A DNA stretch of 64,000 nucleotides, from the NCBI GenBank assembly GCA_038087875.1, contig CM075985.1, forward strand, positions 14,570,001 through 14,634,000, read 5' to 3'. Positions 26,301 through 35,686 of the stretch are shown here, piece by piece; the first letter of the stretch is position 1, and every line of letters starts with the position of its first letter. This DNA is from Malacoraja senta (lineage: Eukaryota). A program made the translations under genes and the position numbers. The notes beneath the pieces were generated by a model. The model searched no databases. It saw only the letters and a list, made by a program, of their open reading frames with translations, and had not been told where the DNA came from.

Positions 26301-29300
26301 TCTCATCCTTCTAAATTCCAGTGAATATAAGCCCAGTCGACCCACTCTTTCATCATATGTCAGGCCCGCCATCCCGGAAATTAACCTGGTGAACCTATGC
26401 TGCACTCCCTCAATAGCAATAATGGCCTTCCTCAAATTAGGAGACCAAAATTGCACACAATACTCCAGGTGTGGTCTCACCAGGGCCCTCTACAACTGCA
26501 ATAGGACCTCCTTGCTCCTAAACTCAAATCCTCTTGCAATGAAGGCCAACATGCCATTAGCTTTCTTCACTGTCTGCTGTACCTGCATGCTTATTTTCAG
26601 TGACGATGTACAAGCTGCAAAGTGGTCACCAGGAACTGTAGATGCAGGTTTACAAAAAAAGACACAAAGTGTTGGGCAATTCAGCAGGTCAGGCAACATC
26701 TCTGGACAACATGGATAGGTGACATTTCTGGGTTGGGACCTTATAGGCACATATATTGGATTATGTCGATTTTAGTCTGGTACCTGTGATTCCATATCTG
26801 AATTACATTGGAGGTACAGAATAGCACAATGCATCGCAGCACGTTGATGGCAAACCAGTTTACTGTTTCGCATGAACAGCATTAGTAACTGCGGATTGAG
26901 CACAGGTTTATAGATTTTCCCCAAATGGCAATCCAGCAACAAGTCAGACGATGATAATGCATAGCATTGATGATTCCAGGGTTTCACTTTGGCATCGTCC
27001 CCTAACAAACACATAGATGGATTAATACATTTGAGTATTTTTGGAACAGTGTCAGAAGTACGCAAATTAAGTCCGTAAGTCCCTCTGCTATACAATTGGT
27101 TCATGGTTGAACTCTATTTTACTTCCTTTCTCCATATTTCTTGATTATACTCAGAGACAAAAATTCCCATTAACCCAGCAGAAAAGTAATTTTGGGCAAG
27201 TATTTCAGATTTCTACTGTCTTGTGTGCTTCCTAATTTTATTCCCACTAGTGGAAACATTCACTCTATCCAAGCCTTTCATGATTATTTAAGGAGGAGAT
27301 TAATGAGAGGACAAAACGTACACTTAATTGCCATATGTGGTATCAAGTTTCACGGAATGCAGCTCACCAACTATCACACCTCCAGATTTTACCTCTTTTA
27401 TCCATATTTGAACCAACACTGTATTGACAACAAGTTTGATATTGGTAGCAGAGTGATTAAATTATCAACAAGAAACATCAGCCATGTCCACATTCTATTA
27501 ACGGCTAACCCAAAGATGAACTTTATTCCCTCAATTCCTTAACACAGTTCTGTTTAATGCTCCGAGATTAATAAATACCCCGTGTTACTGGTACACTCTT
27601 AAAATGATTGTTTAAAAAAATATATTAACAACATTATAATTAACAAGGGTTTATGACTCCTTCATACAAATCGCGGAATGTTTTTGAACGTGAGGGGGGG
27701 CTGTGCGATCACTAATCATCGAGCAGAGGGAGGGTGGCACAATAAAAAAAAATTGTTGTTGATCGACCTCCAAAAATTGGGGGATAATAAATTGGGGGGG
27801 ACTCTCTCTCTCTCTCTCTCCCTCTCTCTCTCTCCCCCCCTCTCTCTCTCCCCCCCTCTCTCTCTCTCTCTCTCTGTCCCCCTCTCCCCCCTCGCTCGCC
27901 GGCTAATCACAGCGCTTCGTTCACTGCCGCATATCTCGACTGTGAACCGCGCTGTGATTGGCCGTTGAGCGGAAGGGAGGGAGGGTTTTGGGGGGCAGTC
28001 GGTTTCCGCCACGGCTGGTCGTGGTTTTGCCACGCTCACTGTGCGCTTGTTCTGAGATTCTGGATGTCGGAGGTCCTCAGAAGAAGAGAAAAATATACCT
28101 GTGGGCCGGGTGATGAAGCATGTCTCGCCACAAAAGTGGAGGGGCTGTTTCAAGTTATTTGCTGCCGTCCCTTGCCACAAAAACTAAACCATTAGCTCAG
28201 ATACTTGGCTCCCAGGTACACAAAAATGCTGGAGAAACTCAGCGGGTGCAGCAGCATCTATGGAGCGAAGGAGATAGGCAACGTTTCGGGCCTAAACGTT
28301 GCCTATCTCCTTCGCTCCATAGATGCTGCTGCACCCGCTGAGTTTCTCCAGCATTTTTGTGTACCTTCGATTTTCCAGCATCTGCAGTTCCTTCTTAAAT
28401 ACTTGGCTCCCAGATTCTATTTTTCCTTACAATAAAATTTGAGACAATTTCAGCCCATAAAGTCTATGCATGACTGTTTGCAGAGCAATTTCATTTCCCA
28501 ATAATGTTCATACTCCCCTATTCTCCCCATCAAACTTCTCCCCAGCCCCCAGCCCCATATTTGCAACCTTTTAGATACACATCAAAAAGGCTACCTCATT
28601 AATCCTCAGAAAGCGCTGCAGATGGAACATGTTGGCCATCTTATTATTCCGCACTACCCATAGCCAATGAGACTGAGTGCCACTTACAATTCCCTGTGTG
28701 ATGCTTTTCAACCTCGCAGTCCCATTAACTCATGTCACAAATCTGAAGCTGTAGCTAACCGCCTAAATGTGAGACCGGGAGTGATTATTCATAAACAATT
28801 AACAAAGCAGACTTCACTTGTAAAATATATTCTTACCTGACAAAAACAGACTGTGACAAGTCAAATTAGGGTGTTGGATGTTAATAAGATGCAAAAAACA
28901 TCCAGGCACATAAACAGCTATATAGTAACCTGAAAAGAAAAAAGTGCATTGTAATAATTTTACAAGGTGAGTAAATTTCAGTTTTCAATGGCTAAATTAA
29001 AGTTTATTCCACTTCAAACTGGCATAGTTGGTCAAAACAACAGGGTAGCAAGATCAAACACGGCTTCCCAAATCAAACCGATGAAAAGCAAGACATTTCT
29101 TATTGACTGTGATGGGCAGAAATATCAATTCATCCATTCAATTTGAACTTGGAATAACTAATAAATAAATGGCTGGAAGAACAGCTAAGAATTGATTGCA
29201 TATGGAATCATTATATATCCATTCATAAAATGGTACACATTACTTTTTCTGGAGCTTGCACTCCTAATGACAATGTCCACTATGAACTTGAAGTTGCACA

Positions 29301-31603
29301 CATATTCTACATTAGTTATTTGGATAAATAATTAAAATAAGCAATACGTGGCTAATTTTAAAGGCATTTTGAAAACACACAGAGTAGTTATCCTTGCTTA
29401 AGACATGTTCTCTGCAGTGCTGCTGCAGTTCAGCTATCCTTGATGAAACCATGATTTAAAATTGCTGGGAGTACGTTTTATTAATTGCAATCTATTGCAA
29501 GGTCATAAGAAGATTAAGACAGACCAAACTTCTAAGGATGAACACAGAGCTTCCCACTTAACCAGGTCTTATATAAAGTATTCTTTCTAAGTTGCCATGC
29601 ATTGAGAGAATACAAACCTTTCCTATTAGGGAGTAAGGGTATTCTGGAGACAACAGAGTGACTGCCATAAATTTCAAAATGTTAAACCACAAACCCCATG
29701 TATCTGATGGGCCTATCTCTGCTTTCTTCCAGTGATACCAAAGCTGATGAATTGGCCAATATGCCTGAAAAGTTAGTAAACCAACTGGCTAAAGAAATTC
29801 TATAATAATTTTGCTAATATGATGCCTGATATTGTGGCAGTGCTGTCTAATTAAGGTGTAGTGAATCCTTTCTTAGCTAAACCTACAGGTTTCCTTGTTG
29901 AGTGGCATGTTCTTTTGCCTCTTTGATGAACTACATAATTCATACCACCTCAATAAGTTATTTATATGATCATTACTCTTGACATATAATGCAAGCAAAC
30001 AGAGCTATACTATACTCCAGCCTGCCCAAATCCCTTTCCTTCCATTCTATACAACCACACCTCCACAATGTTGGCACATGGTATGCCATAGAGCATGCCA
30101 TCATGCCAATCCTACTCTAACTTCAGAAACTCATTTTAGTTCATTAGCTAATTCTGCCCATAGTTGGATCCAATATCATCTTGGGTGCATAGTAAGTGTA
30201 AAAGTCAGGACATTTCTTGTACTAGGATTAAATGAGGACTCTCAAGATTTGACAGATGAACTGTGAAGTGACCAGGTTGCAAAATGTTGGTGGCATGGGG
30301 GGGGGTCCTAAATTAAAAAGTGAGCAGAATGAACTCAGACACTATAAAAAGTCAAGGAAATGCATCCTCTGTATATAGTGCTTTTTTTTCTGATCTAGGA
30401 ATAGAATATCAACTTACCAACATTCAGAAAGGTCAAATCACTAATACATGCACATTTGGACTTTTCCAAGGAAACTCTAAATGTTTTTCGCCAACCTGCA
30501 GAAAATTCAGATAAAGAATTAAACATAGCCATTTCTGAAGTGTACCACTGCAAATTCCATTCAGATTATTTAGGTATTAAATTGCTCAGACCATAAAAAT
30601 ATCGAAGGAAGACAAAAATGCTGGAGAAACTTAGCGGGTGAGGCAGCATCTATGGAGCGAAGGAATAGGCGACGTTTCGTGTCGAGACCCTTCTTCAGAC
30701 TGATGTCGGGGCGGGGGGGGGGGGGGGAAAGAAGGGAAGAGGCGGAGACAGTAGGCTGTGGGAGAGCTGGGGAGGGAAGGAAGGAGAGCAAGGACTACCT
30801 GAAATTGGAGAACTCAATGTTCATACCACTGGGGTGTAAACTACCCAAGAAATATGAGGTGCTGTTCCTCCAATTTGCAGTGGGACTCACTGTCCTGGGC
30901 CATGGAGGAGGCCCAGGACAGAAAGGTCGGATTCAGAATGGGAGGGGGAGTTGAAGTGCTGAGCCACTGGGAGATCAGGTTGGTTATTGCAAACTGAGCG
31001 GAGTTGTTGGGCGAAGCGATCACCAAGCCTGCGCTTGGTCTCACCGATGTAGAGCAGTTGACACCTGGAACAGTGGATGCAATAGATGAGGTTGGAGGAG
31101 GTGCAAGTGAACCTCTGCCTCACCTGGAAAGACTGCTTGGGTCCTTGGATGGAGTCGAGGGGGAGGCAAAGCGACAAGTGTGGCGTTTCCTGCGGTTGCA
31201 AGGCAAAGTAAGGAAAAGGGAGGGGGTGGTTTGGGTGGGAAGGGACGAATTGACCAGGGATCCAGGGACCAGGAATTAAGTTCTGTGATTCTGTGTTTAA
31301 ATCCCGGAATGCCGCAATACAGTTTTACAGGTGGAATATACTTTAAACCAAGTACACCAAGTGACTCTGCTTTTACAGGGCAAACAGGAAATAGTTGCTC
31401 CATCAAATTTAGTCTCATACCCTTCTGAAATTTAAGAAAAAGGTCGTGAAATAATCAAAATGGAGAGAGTTCCAACTGCTTAAAAAAAAGTTAATTCTGC
31501 TGAAATAATTTAAAACTAGATTTACCATAATGCAGAAGAATGACTGTATAAACAAATTCTTGATCATTTTGCATAGGATGACTGTAGCACACCGACAAGG
31601 CAC
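2282..31603 (-). CDS. GSAP: Gamma-secretase activating protein, 3' portion (19 coding exons; 5' exons not found in window)
   Basis: Manual splicing of 19 exons gives a continuous frame. Motifs YYIAVYVPGCFLHLINIQHP, DLIQEFI, LPLPPGYHT, LWDHPIS, EFLPL and C-terminal PFEAQQNVDVKFVEEVALKQTLILLGL match human GSAP as recalled. Confidence 0.95.
2700..4310 (+). mobile_element. Cluster of degraded CR1 LINE fragments
   Basis: NPKAFYASIKSK..GQLKD, APGLDEIDPR..PEDWRTANIVPLFKK..PGNYR; includes a short inverted piece and a Penelope repeat. Confidence 0.85.
3318..3412 (-). repeat. Solo Penelope terminal-repeat fragment (others at 1-42, 13440-13860, 16030-16095, 26630-26740, 32873-32955, 37730-37845, 57880-57955)
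   Basis: Shared CAAAA..CTGGAG.AACTCAGC.GG...GCAGCATC.....GA.GTTTCG..GA.CCTTCTTCAGACT consensus. Confidence 0.8.
4979..5078 (-). CDS. GSAP: GSAP penultimate exon (KSRPVFIREQDPFETEFLPLTYLARILTEVEHQ)
   Basis: ttgtag acceptor, non-canonical AAG|GCAAGT donor, 100 nt, phase 0-1. Confidence 0.9.
6238..6342 (-). CDS. GSAP: GSAP exon (IIEHKICCLWDHPISTSHVARNYVEILLKKRSTQQ)
   Basis: ttatag/gtgagt boundaries, 105 nt, phase 0-0. Confidence 0.95.
6784..6845 (-). CDS. GSAP: GSAP exon (ELDNSEINERFKLSIMARIPE)
   Basis: tttcag/gtgggt boundaries, 62 nt, phase 1-0. Confidence 0.93.
7770..8475 (-). mobile_element. Degraded CR1 LINE fragment (similar old pieces at 15180-15830, 35364-35600, 37300-37550, 42400-42770, 51690-53060, 57620-58250)
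   Basis: Decayed similarity to the CR1 3' end; boundaries approximate. Confidence 0.65.
8496..8879 (-). mobile_element. Retroposed 5'-truncated insert with A-rich tail and 15-bp TSD (L1/Tx1-type mechanism)
   Basis: AAGGAATGCCTTTTT at 8481-8495 and 8880-8894; T-rich tract at the left end; TT|AAAA target on the minus strand. Confidence 0.75.
8964..9083 (-). CDS. GSAP: GSAP exon (GYHTIHMVLGARCLPLHSLLHYIDLGLLHPTEQFVTRLIE)
   Basis: atacag/gtgaaa boundaries, 120 nt, phase 1-1. Confidence 0.95.
9820..10585 (-). mobile_element. GC-rich non-coding interspersed element with LINE-type TGACAATAAA tail
   Basis: CpG-rich body; its tail is shared with 32272-32422 and related to 60545-61060. Confidence 0.55.
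11170..11270 (-). CDS. GSAP: GSAP exon (SNREEVNSAEFVVFHMMIWVLQAVEGLSLPLPP)
   Basis: ctgtag/gtaacg boundaries, 101 nt, phase 2-1. Confidence 0.93.
12889..13111. mobile_element. Palindromic Penelope-derived element with target-site duplication
   Basis: 96-nt inverted arms centred at 13015; flanking TTCTATTTTAGTAT at 12875-12888 and 13109-13122; hammerhead-like cores at 12987-13014 (-) and 13016-13043 (+). Confidence 0.9.
13274..13344 (-). CDS. GSAP: GSAP exon (LECIWKIVDTIWKNYGLRTHNLC)
   Basis: ttttag/gtaagt boundaries, 71 nt, phase 0-2. Confidence 0.9.
14578..14673 (-). CDS. GSAP: GSAP exon (MGEKLKEHALKHAHSLGKKKIDVIVNNYVANL)
   Basis: ctatag/gtttgt boundaries, 96 nt, phase 0-0. Confidence 0.9.
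16199..16494 (-). mobile_element. tRNA-derived V-SINE (HE1-like); degraded relatives near 12080-12290 and 53150-53420
   Basis: A box GGTGGCACAGTGG, B box GGATTCGATCC, V-domain GTACATTCTCCCC..GTGGGTTTCTCC..TTCTTCCCACACTCCAAAGACGT, CTAAA tail. Confidence 0.88.
17352..17416 (-). CDS. GSAP: GSAP exon (AEERVVPFCQEEDCQQMVLIGL)
   Basis: gatag/gtaagg boundaries, 65 nt, phase 1-0; tandem acceptor present. Confidence 0.9.
17833..17864 (-). CDS. GSAP: GSAP small exon (ILSKVDLSSP)
   Basis: gtgcag/gtaaga boundaries, 32 nt, phase 2-1, needed to keep the frame. Confidence 0.85.
18130..18185 (-). CDS. GSAP: GSAP exon (KVDARSIRHFTNVLETAK)
   Basis: ttttag/gtaagt boundaries, 56 nt, phase 0-2. Confidence 0.85.
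18720..19340. repeat. Diverged inverted repeat (MITE-like)
   Basis: 18720-18945 is the reverse complement of about 19165-19340; opposite-strand ORFs read YWITQRAAHLHC and YWITKRAAHLHC. Confidence 0.75.
19694..19828 (-). CDS. GSAP: GSAP exon (IHDCKVFWEVMNTNVESLKN...RLLSGM)
   Basis: cctag/gtaaga boundaries, 135 nt, phase 0-0. Confidence 0.88.
20020..20404 (+). mobile_element. L2-clade-like LINE 3' end with (TTA)n tail
   Basis: IKDSSHPCNSLFELLPSGRRY...TSRLRNSFIPRAI, then TGACAATAAA and (TTA)n. Confidence 0.8.
20610..21665 (+). mobile_element. Degraded Penelope-like element with an inverted terminal-repeat copy at its 5' end
   Basis: GIY-YIG remnant RFSCTSSPIVCF*CGLLYI near 21140-21230; terminal repeat at 21570-21665 and an inverted copy from 20610. 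Confidence 0.7.
21680..21736 (-). CDS. GSAP: GSAP exon (DIPGITCTTDNILQSAGKR)
   Basis: aatag/gtgaga boundaries, 57 nt, phase 0-0. Confidence 0.9.
21846..21928 (-). CDS. GSAP: GSAP exon (GTLYRKAISETNALAKLLPCSSLVNWKG)
   Basis: tttcag/gtatg boundaries, 83 nt, phase 1-0. Confidence 0.92.
22012..22250. mobile_element. Palindromic Penelope-derived element with target-site duplication
   Basis: Inverted arms with a ~19-nt spacer; flanking AACATGG(C/T)AAAATATAG at 21997-22013 and 22250-22266; hammerhead-like core at 22125-22152 (+). Confidence 0.9.
22393..24020 (-). mobile_element. Tc1/mariner DNA transposon, IR/DR type, near full length, defective transposase
   Basis: TA target duplication (22391-92, 24021-22); ~220-bp inverted repeats each with two ATAATGTTTGGGACA repeats; transposase pieces TGRPR (HTH), KHGGGGVMAWACM, LQQD-PKH and SPDLNPIEH, broken by stops and frameshifts. 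Confidence 0.95.
24689..24913. mobile_element. Older palindromic Penelope-derived element
   Basis: Diverged inverted arms centred near 24812; flanking ATATACTGT at 24680-24688 and 24914-24922. Confidence 0.75.
24936..25002 (-). CDS. GSAP: GSAP exon (IIHWLCSLSASACADLIQEFIL)
   Basis: aatag/gtgagt boundaries, 67 nt, phase 0-1. Confidence 0.92.
25905..26612 (-). mobile_element. CR1-type LINE 3' fragment (young)
   Basis: ORF2 C-terminus [13 protein letters not shown]...[14 protein letters not shown]...[14 protein letters not shown], 3' UTR and (TTCTATGT)-like tail. Confidence 0.93.
26784..27001 (-). CDS. GSAP: GSAP exon (GDDAKVKPW...LLLDCHLGKIYK...AAMHCAILY...MESQ)
   Basis: 218 nt, phase 1-0, lies inside ORF 26772..27104. 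Confidence 0.92.
27660..28090. repeat. GC-rich insert of unknown class containing a CT/C microsatellite (27802-27891)
   Basis: (CT)n and C-runs inside a CpG-rich segment. Confidence 0.6.
28214..28398. mobile_element. Palindromic Penelope-derived element, centre deleted
   Basis: Inverted arms; flanking ATACTTGGCTCCCAG at 28201-28215 and 28399-28413. Confidence 0.9.
28837..28929 (-). CDS. GSAP: GSAP exon (GYYIAVYVPGCFLHLINIQHPNLTCHSLFLS)
   Basis: tttcag/gtaaga boundaries, 93 nt, strong similarity to GSAP. Confidence 0.95.
30418..30495 (-). CDS. GSAP: GSAP exon (GWRKTFRVSLEKSKCACISDLTFLNV)
   Basis: ctgcag/gtaagt boundaries, 78 nt, phase 1-1. Confidence 0.9.
30600..31262 (-). mobile_element. 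Penelope-like retroelement 3' part: GIY-YIG endonuclease plus terminal repeat
   Basis: ORF 30887..31201 FTCTSSNLIYCIHCSRCQLLYIGETKRRLGDRF..VAQHFN (GIY-YIG), followed by the terminal repeat found throughout the window. Confidence 0.92.
30671..30698 (-). ncRNA. Minimal hammerhead ribozyme-like motif in the Penelope terminal repeat
   Basis: CUGAAGA-AGGGUCUCGACAC-GAAAC-GUC: both core boxes, palindromic ACGU helix III and GUC triplet; helix I is very short. Confidence 0.65.
31526..31603 (-). CDS. GSAP: GSAP exon (GALSVCYSHPMQNDQEFVYTVILLHY)
   Basis: ttgcag/gtaaa boundaries, 78 nt, phase 1-1. Confidence 0.88.
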
Positions 31604-32955
31604 CTGCAACAGCAATTGATTATAGGAGTATGCTTTTTGTCAAAGGTAATCTGCTGCAAGACAAATCACTTTATAAAAAGGAGAGAATTCATCATACACA
31701 GCAAAGGGTATAGCCATCCCCACTTACATATGCTGGATATTAATGTAAAAGATATCCCATCATTTGCAAACATTCCAAGACTTGCCCCCAGTCCCAACAA
31801 CAATAAATTGAAAAGGAATTGCAAATAATTATATATACTGCCCATCAGCTAGGTGCAAGTTCCTTTAAAGCTCATTTTTCCACCTATTTGTGAGTTAATT
31901 TTAAATTGTTTTCCCACTCTGTTCAGATCGGTTTTCTTTATTTCATTGCAAATGACAAATACTAACATTTAAGCACGAGTCACAAAGTGCACTCTTTCCA
32001 TTTTATGATAGACAGAGAGCAAATAAATAACCCTAACTTTTCATCCACTAATTGATACTGGGATACAGAACCATAAGGTATTGAATTTACTCATTTTGAT
32101 TTTGAGATCACATACAGACACTGTCCGCCTTCTAACTGAGGGCAACCTTTCGAATAATTTTGAATCCGTTAGGTACACAGTGCATAAGTGATCCACATAC
32201 ACTTCAGCTTACACGTCCAAACTAAATTACATTTTATACCAACCATTATATGATGAGAAAATAAGAGTTCGAGACATTTATTGTCACGTGCACCAATTGG
32301 TACAGTGAGATTTGAATTACCATACAGCCATACGAATAAAAAGAACACAATGCACGATAGAATTTAACATGAACATCCTCACACAGCGGAATCATCGTTT
32401 CCCACTGTGAGGGAAGGCAATAAATACTATGTGAACTCAGCAGAACATATTAACATTTCAGTTTAATGACCCTGCATTTGTGCCTTACAACTTACAAGTC
32501 AACATAGTTGAATCCACAAAATGTAAATAAATGCTTATCTGCAGACAGGAAGTTCTGACCCTATAACTCTGCTGCTTTATTCTCAGATGCTGCCGAGTAC
32601 ATCCAGCATCTTCTATTTTTTATCTCAGATTTCCTGCAATGTCAGCTATCTTGCTTTTGTTTCCACATTATTATTAGAGGGAAGAACGAGGAGGCCATCA
32701 AAATTATCTTTTTATCCGAGCTGCCGGAGGAGGTGGTTGAGGCAGGTACTAACGCAATGCAGGGCACGAAATTAGCGGTTGCCCGGGTGCCCATGACCAC
32801 TCAAAGCGCCGCCGGGCAACCTAAACACCGAGTCATTTTGCCCGGCTTGGCAACCAGATACTGGTTTGTACCGAAGATAGACACAAAAAACTGGAGTAAC
32901 TCCGCGGGTCAGGCAGCATCTCTGGAGAAGAGGAACGTGACGTTTCGTGTCGGCG

Positions 32956-33155
32956 NNNNNNNNNNNNNNNNNNNNNNNNNNNNNNNNNNNNNNNNNNNNN
33001 NNNNNNNNNNNNNNNNNNNNNNNNNNNNNNNNNNNNNNNNNNNNNNNNNNNNNNNNNNNNNNNNNNNNNNNNNNNNNNNNNNNNNNNNNNNNNNNNNNNN
33101 NNNNNNNNNNNNNNNNNNNNNNNNNNNNNNNNNNNNNNNNNNNNNNNNNNNNNNN
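32956..33155. other. Assembly gap (200 N)
   Basis: Exactly 200 N; the left contig ends inside a Penelope-type repeat and the right contig starts inside a Gypsy pol. Confidence 0.99.
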
Positions 33156-35157
33156 CAAAGACACTGAATGGTCCTGGTATCCACAGCATCAAAGAGCTTT
33201 TGATATCCTCAAGTTGCAGCTGGCCAGCGGACCCACCCTCGCCTACTTCGCTTTGGAGTTACCAGTAACCAGTGATGCGTCCCAGTACGGACTTGGCGCT
33301 ACTTGCCTACAGACCAGTACCAATGGCGACTGCAAGCCTGTTTTATGTGCCTCCCGCACACTGAACAACGTTACGCCCAAATTGAGAAAGAATTGCTCGC
33401 AGTGGTTTTCACCTGCACGAAATTCAAAGACTATATTTTTGGGAAGTCTGTGACTATAGAAACAGACCACCAGTCGCTGGTCACTATCTTGAACAAACCC
33501 ATTCACGCCGCTCCGGCTCGCTTATAACGGATGATGATGCAGCTGCAGCGTTTCGATGTTAACATTGTCTACAAAAAACAAAGGACATGCACATAGCTGA
33601 CACGCTATCAAGGGCCCCACGCAAAACCAGCGAACAACAGCCCTCTGAACAGGACCGGTTCTCAGTAATGAAGTATTTCCACTGATTGCCTAAGCAGCCT
33701 GGCAGAGCACACGACTGCTGATGAGACAATTGCTGTCTGCAGTCATCCGGCGTGGCTGGCCGGATAAACAACACAGCACCCCGCTCGCGATCCACCCATA
33801 CTTCCTGGATCGTGACGAACTGGTGATACAGGGCAGGATTATAGTCAAGGGTCACAAAGCAGTTGTCCCAGTCGTTCTCCGGGACAAGTACCACAATGCC
33901 GTCCACAGGGGCCACCCCGGCGTGGAGACAACCTTACAACGGGCACAGAGCATGTTTTACTGGCCTGGCAAGACCAAGTACATACGTGACAAAAATGAAG
34001 TCTGCGCCATCTGCAAAAGCCTGATGCCACACCAGCAGGAGCAGCCCTTAGTGTCGCACCCGGTTCCTCCTCTACCGTGGTCCACAGTAGTCACTGACAT
34101 ATTCGAATGGCTTGGGAAACACTATCTGGTTCTCGTCGACTCTTATTCGGGCTGGTTTGACATTGATCTACTCCAAACCATCACATCTGAAGCAGTTATC
34201 CAGAAGTTGCAACGCCATTTCTCTGTGCACGGTTCCCCTACATGCCTTCTATCCGACAACGGCAGTCAGTTCACCAGCCAGCTTTTCAGAAACTTCGCTC
34301 AACGATGGGACTTTCAACATATCACCAGCAGCCCTGAGTTTCCGCAGTCCAACGGACTCGCCGAACGGGCCATCGAAGCGCAAAACAACTAATGGAGCGT
34401 TCTTATCTTGCAAAATCTGACGTCTACCTGGACCTGCACAATTTAAGGAACATTGCCAGGGATCCCATACTGGGTTCTCCAGCCCAACGACTGATGTCTC
34501 GTCAAACCCACGCTGACCTGCCTGTACCCCAACAGCTATTGCAGCCACAGGTCCGTTCTTCTCCCGTGGTCCAGAAACAACTACAATTGAAGCGTGATGC
34601 ACAAAAACGTTTTTTTGACAAGTTCAGTAAGCCACTCCAGTGGACAGGTTGTTCGTCTCCAGACCAACAAGGGCTTTGGCCGTCTGGGTCACATCCACAG
34701 CCCTGCTAAAGAACCGCGCTCTTACCTGGTAAGCGCGGACGGGGCCATTTACAGACGCAACCGTCAACATCTCCTTCCTGTGAAGGAACCACGTCCTGCG
34801 ACTCCATATCCAGAGGCCTCGCGTTTTGTATACCCTCTCACTACCAGGCCAACTGCTCCACAGTCAGAGACTGTGTCCCCCGCGGCCTCTCCATGGCGTT
34901 CAGCGCCCAGCTCGCCTGTTTCGCCACCTCCACCAGGCGGGTCTCCGGTGCCGTCCCCGGTCACATCCCCGTTCCCCTCCCCAGTCACTTCACTGGTGAA
35001 AGGAGGAGACGCGGATTCGTACTGCACACGCGCCGGACGTGTTAGCCGTGATTTTGTGCAACCATGTATACTCTCCCATATGCGTTATGAGCTCCTGTAT
35101 TGTTTAGCCACCATGTACCCATGTATCTATGCTTTATTTTGTTTCCACAAGGAAAGA
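33156..35157 (+). mobile_element. Gypsy/Ty3 LTR retrotransposon internal region (RNase H, integrase), degenerate, 5' part lost in the gap
   Basis: DASQYGLGA, QRYAQIEKELLA and ETDHQSL (RNase H); HHCC zinc finger HRGHPG...CAIC; DDE core TDIF/SDNG/NGLAER; Pro-Ser-rich tail with TRAGRV; several frameshifts and stops. Confidence 0.95.
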
Positions 35158-35363
35158 TGTAGATTGGTTACTTCCTACTAACCAATTGTAGTGCTTGTTA
35201 GTAGTAGCTCCGTCAACTATGCGGTTTATATTACCAGGAGTTTGCTTACGTAATGTAGTCTGAATAGCTGCTAGTTACTGTAACACCTTGCAGACCAATG
35301 CTGTAAGTGTACTTTAATAAATACATATTGTACCTTGACGTGTGCACGACTCGACTCATTACA
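35158..35363 (+). mobile_element. 3' LTR of the Gypsy element
   Basis: Purine tract AAGGAAAGA directly upstream; TGTAG...TTACA termini; TATA-like at ~35226; AATAAA at 35316-35321; CR1 remnant begins right after. Confidence 0.75.
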
Positions 35364-35686
35364 GTATATAAAATCATGAAAGATACAGATGGATAGAGTA
35401 GATAGCCAGAGTCATAATAGGAGCATATAAAACCAGAAGGCATGGTTTTAAGCTGAGGAAGGAGGTTTAAAGGCAATCTGAGGGACAAATCTGTTGCACA
35501 GAGGCATCAGGGCTGGTACTTGATTGAGAGGGCATAGAGGGAAATGGAATTAATACAAGCAAGTGGGAATAGTGTAGATGGGCATGACGGTCACCATAGA
35601 CAGTCACTACATTACTCTCAGAAGTGCAGACATGTAGTATTCTACGTTCACAAATTCAATATGTTAACTTTTGTTGTTTTTAAAAG

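Noticed and set aside
27678-28195. LS-rich and ER-rich ORFs
   Set aside because: Translations of the CT microsatellite.
31180-31430. Exon-like acceptor at ~31425 and ORFs 31041..31418 and 31180..31428
   Set aside because: No GSAP similarity; the flanking exons already join in frame; the ORFs run into the Penelope element.
31860-32260. Candidate next upstream GSAP exon before the gap
   Set aside because: No frame with convincing similarity and matching splice sites.
32733-33453. Long ORFs crossing the gap
   Set aside because: Artefacts of translating N runs.
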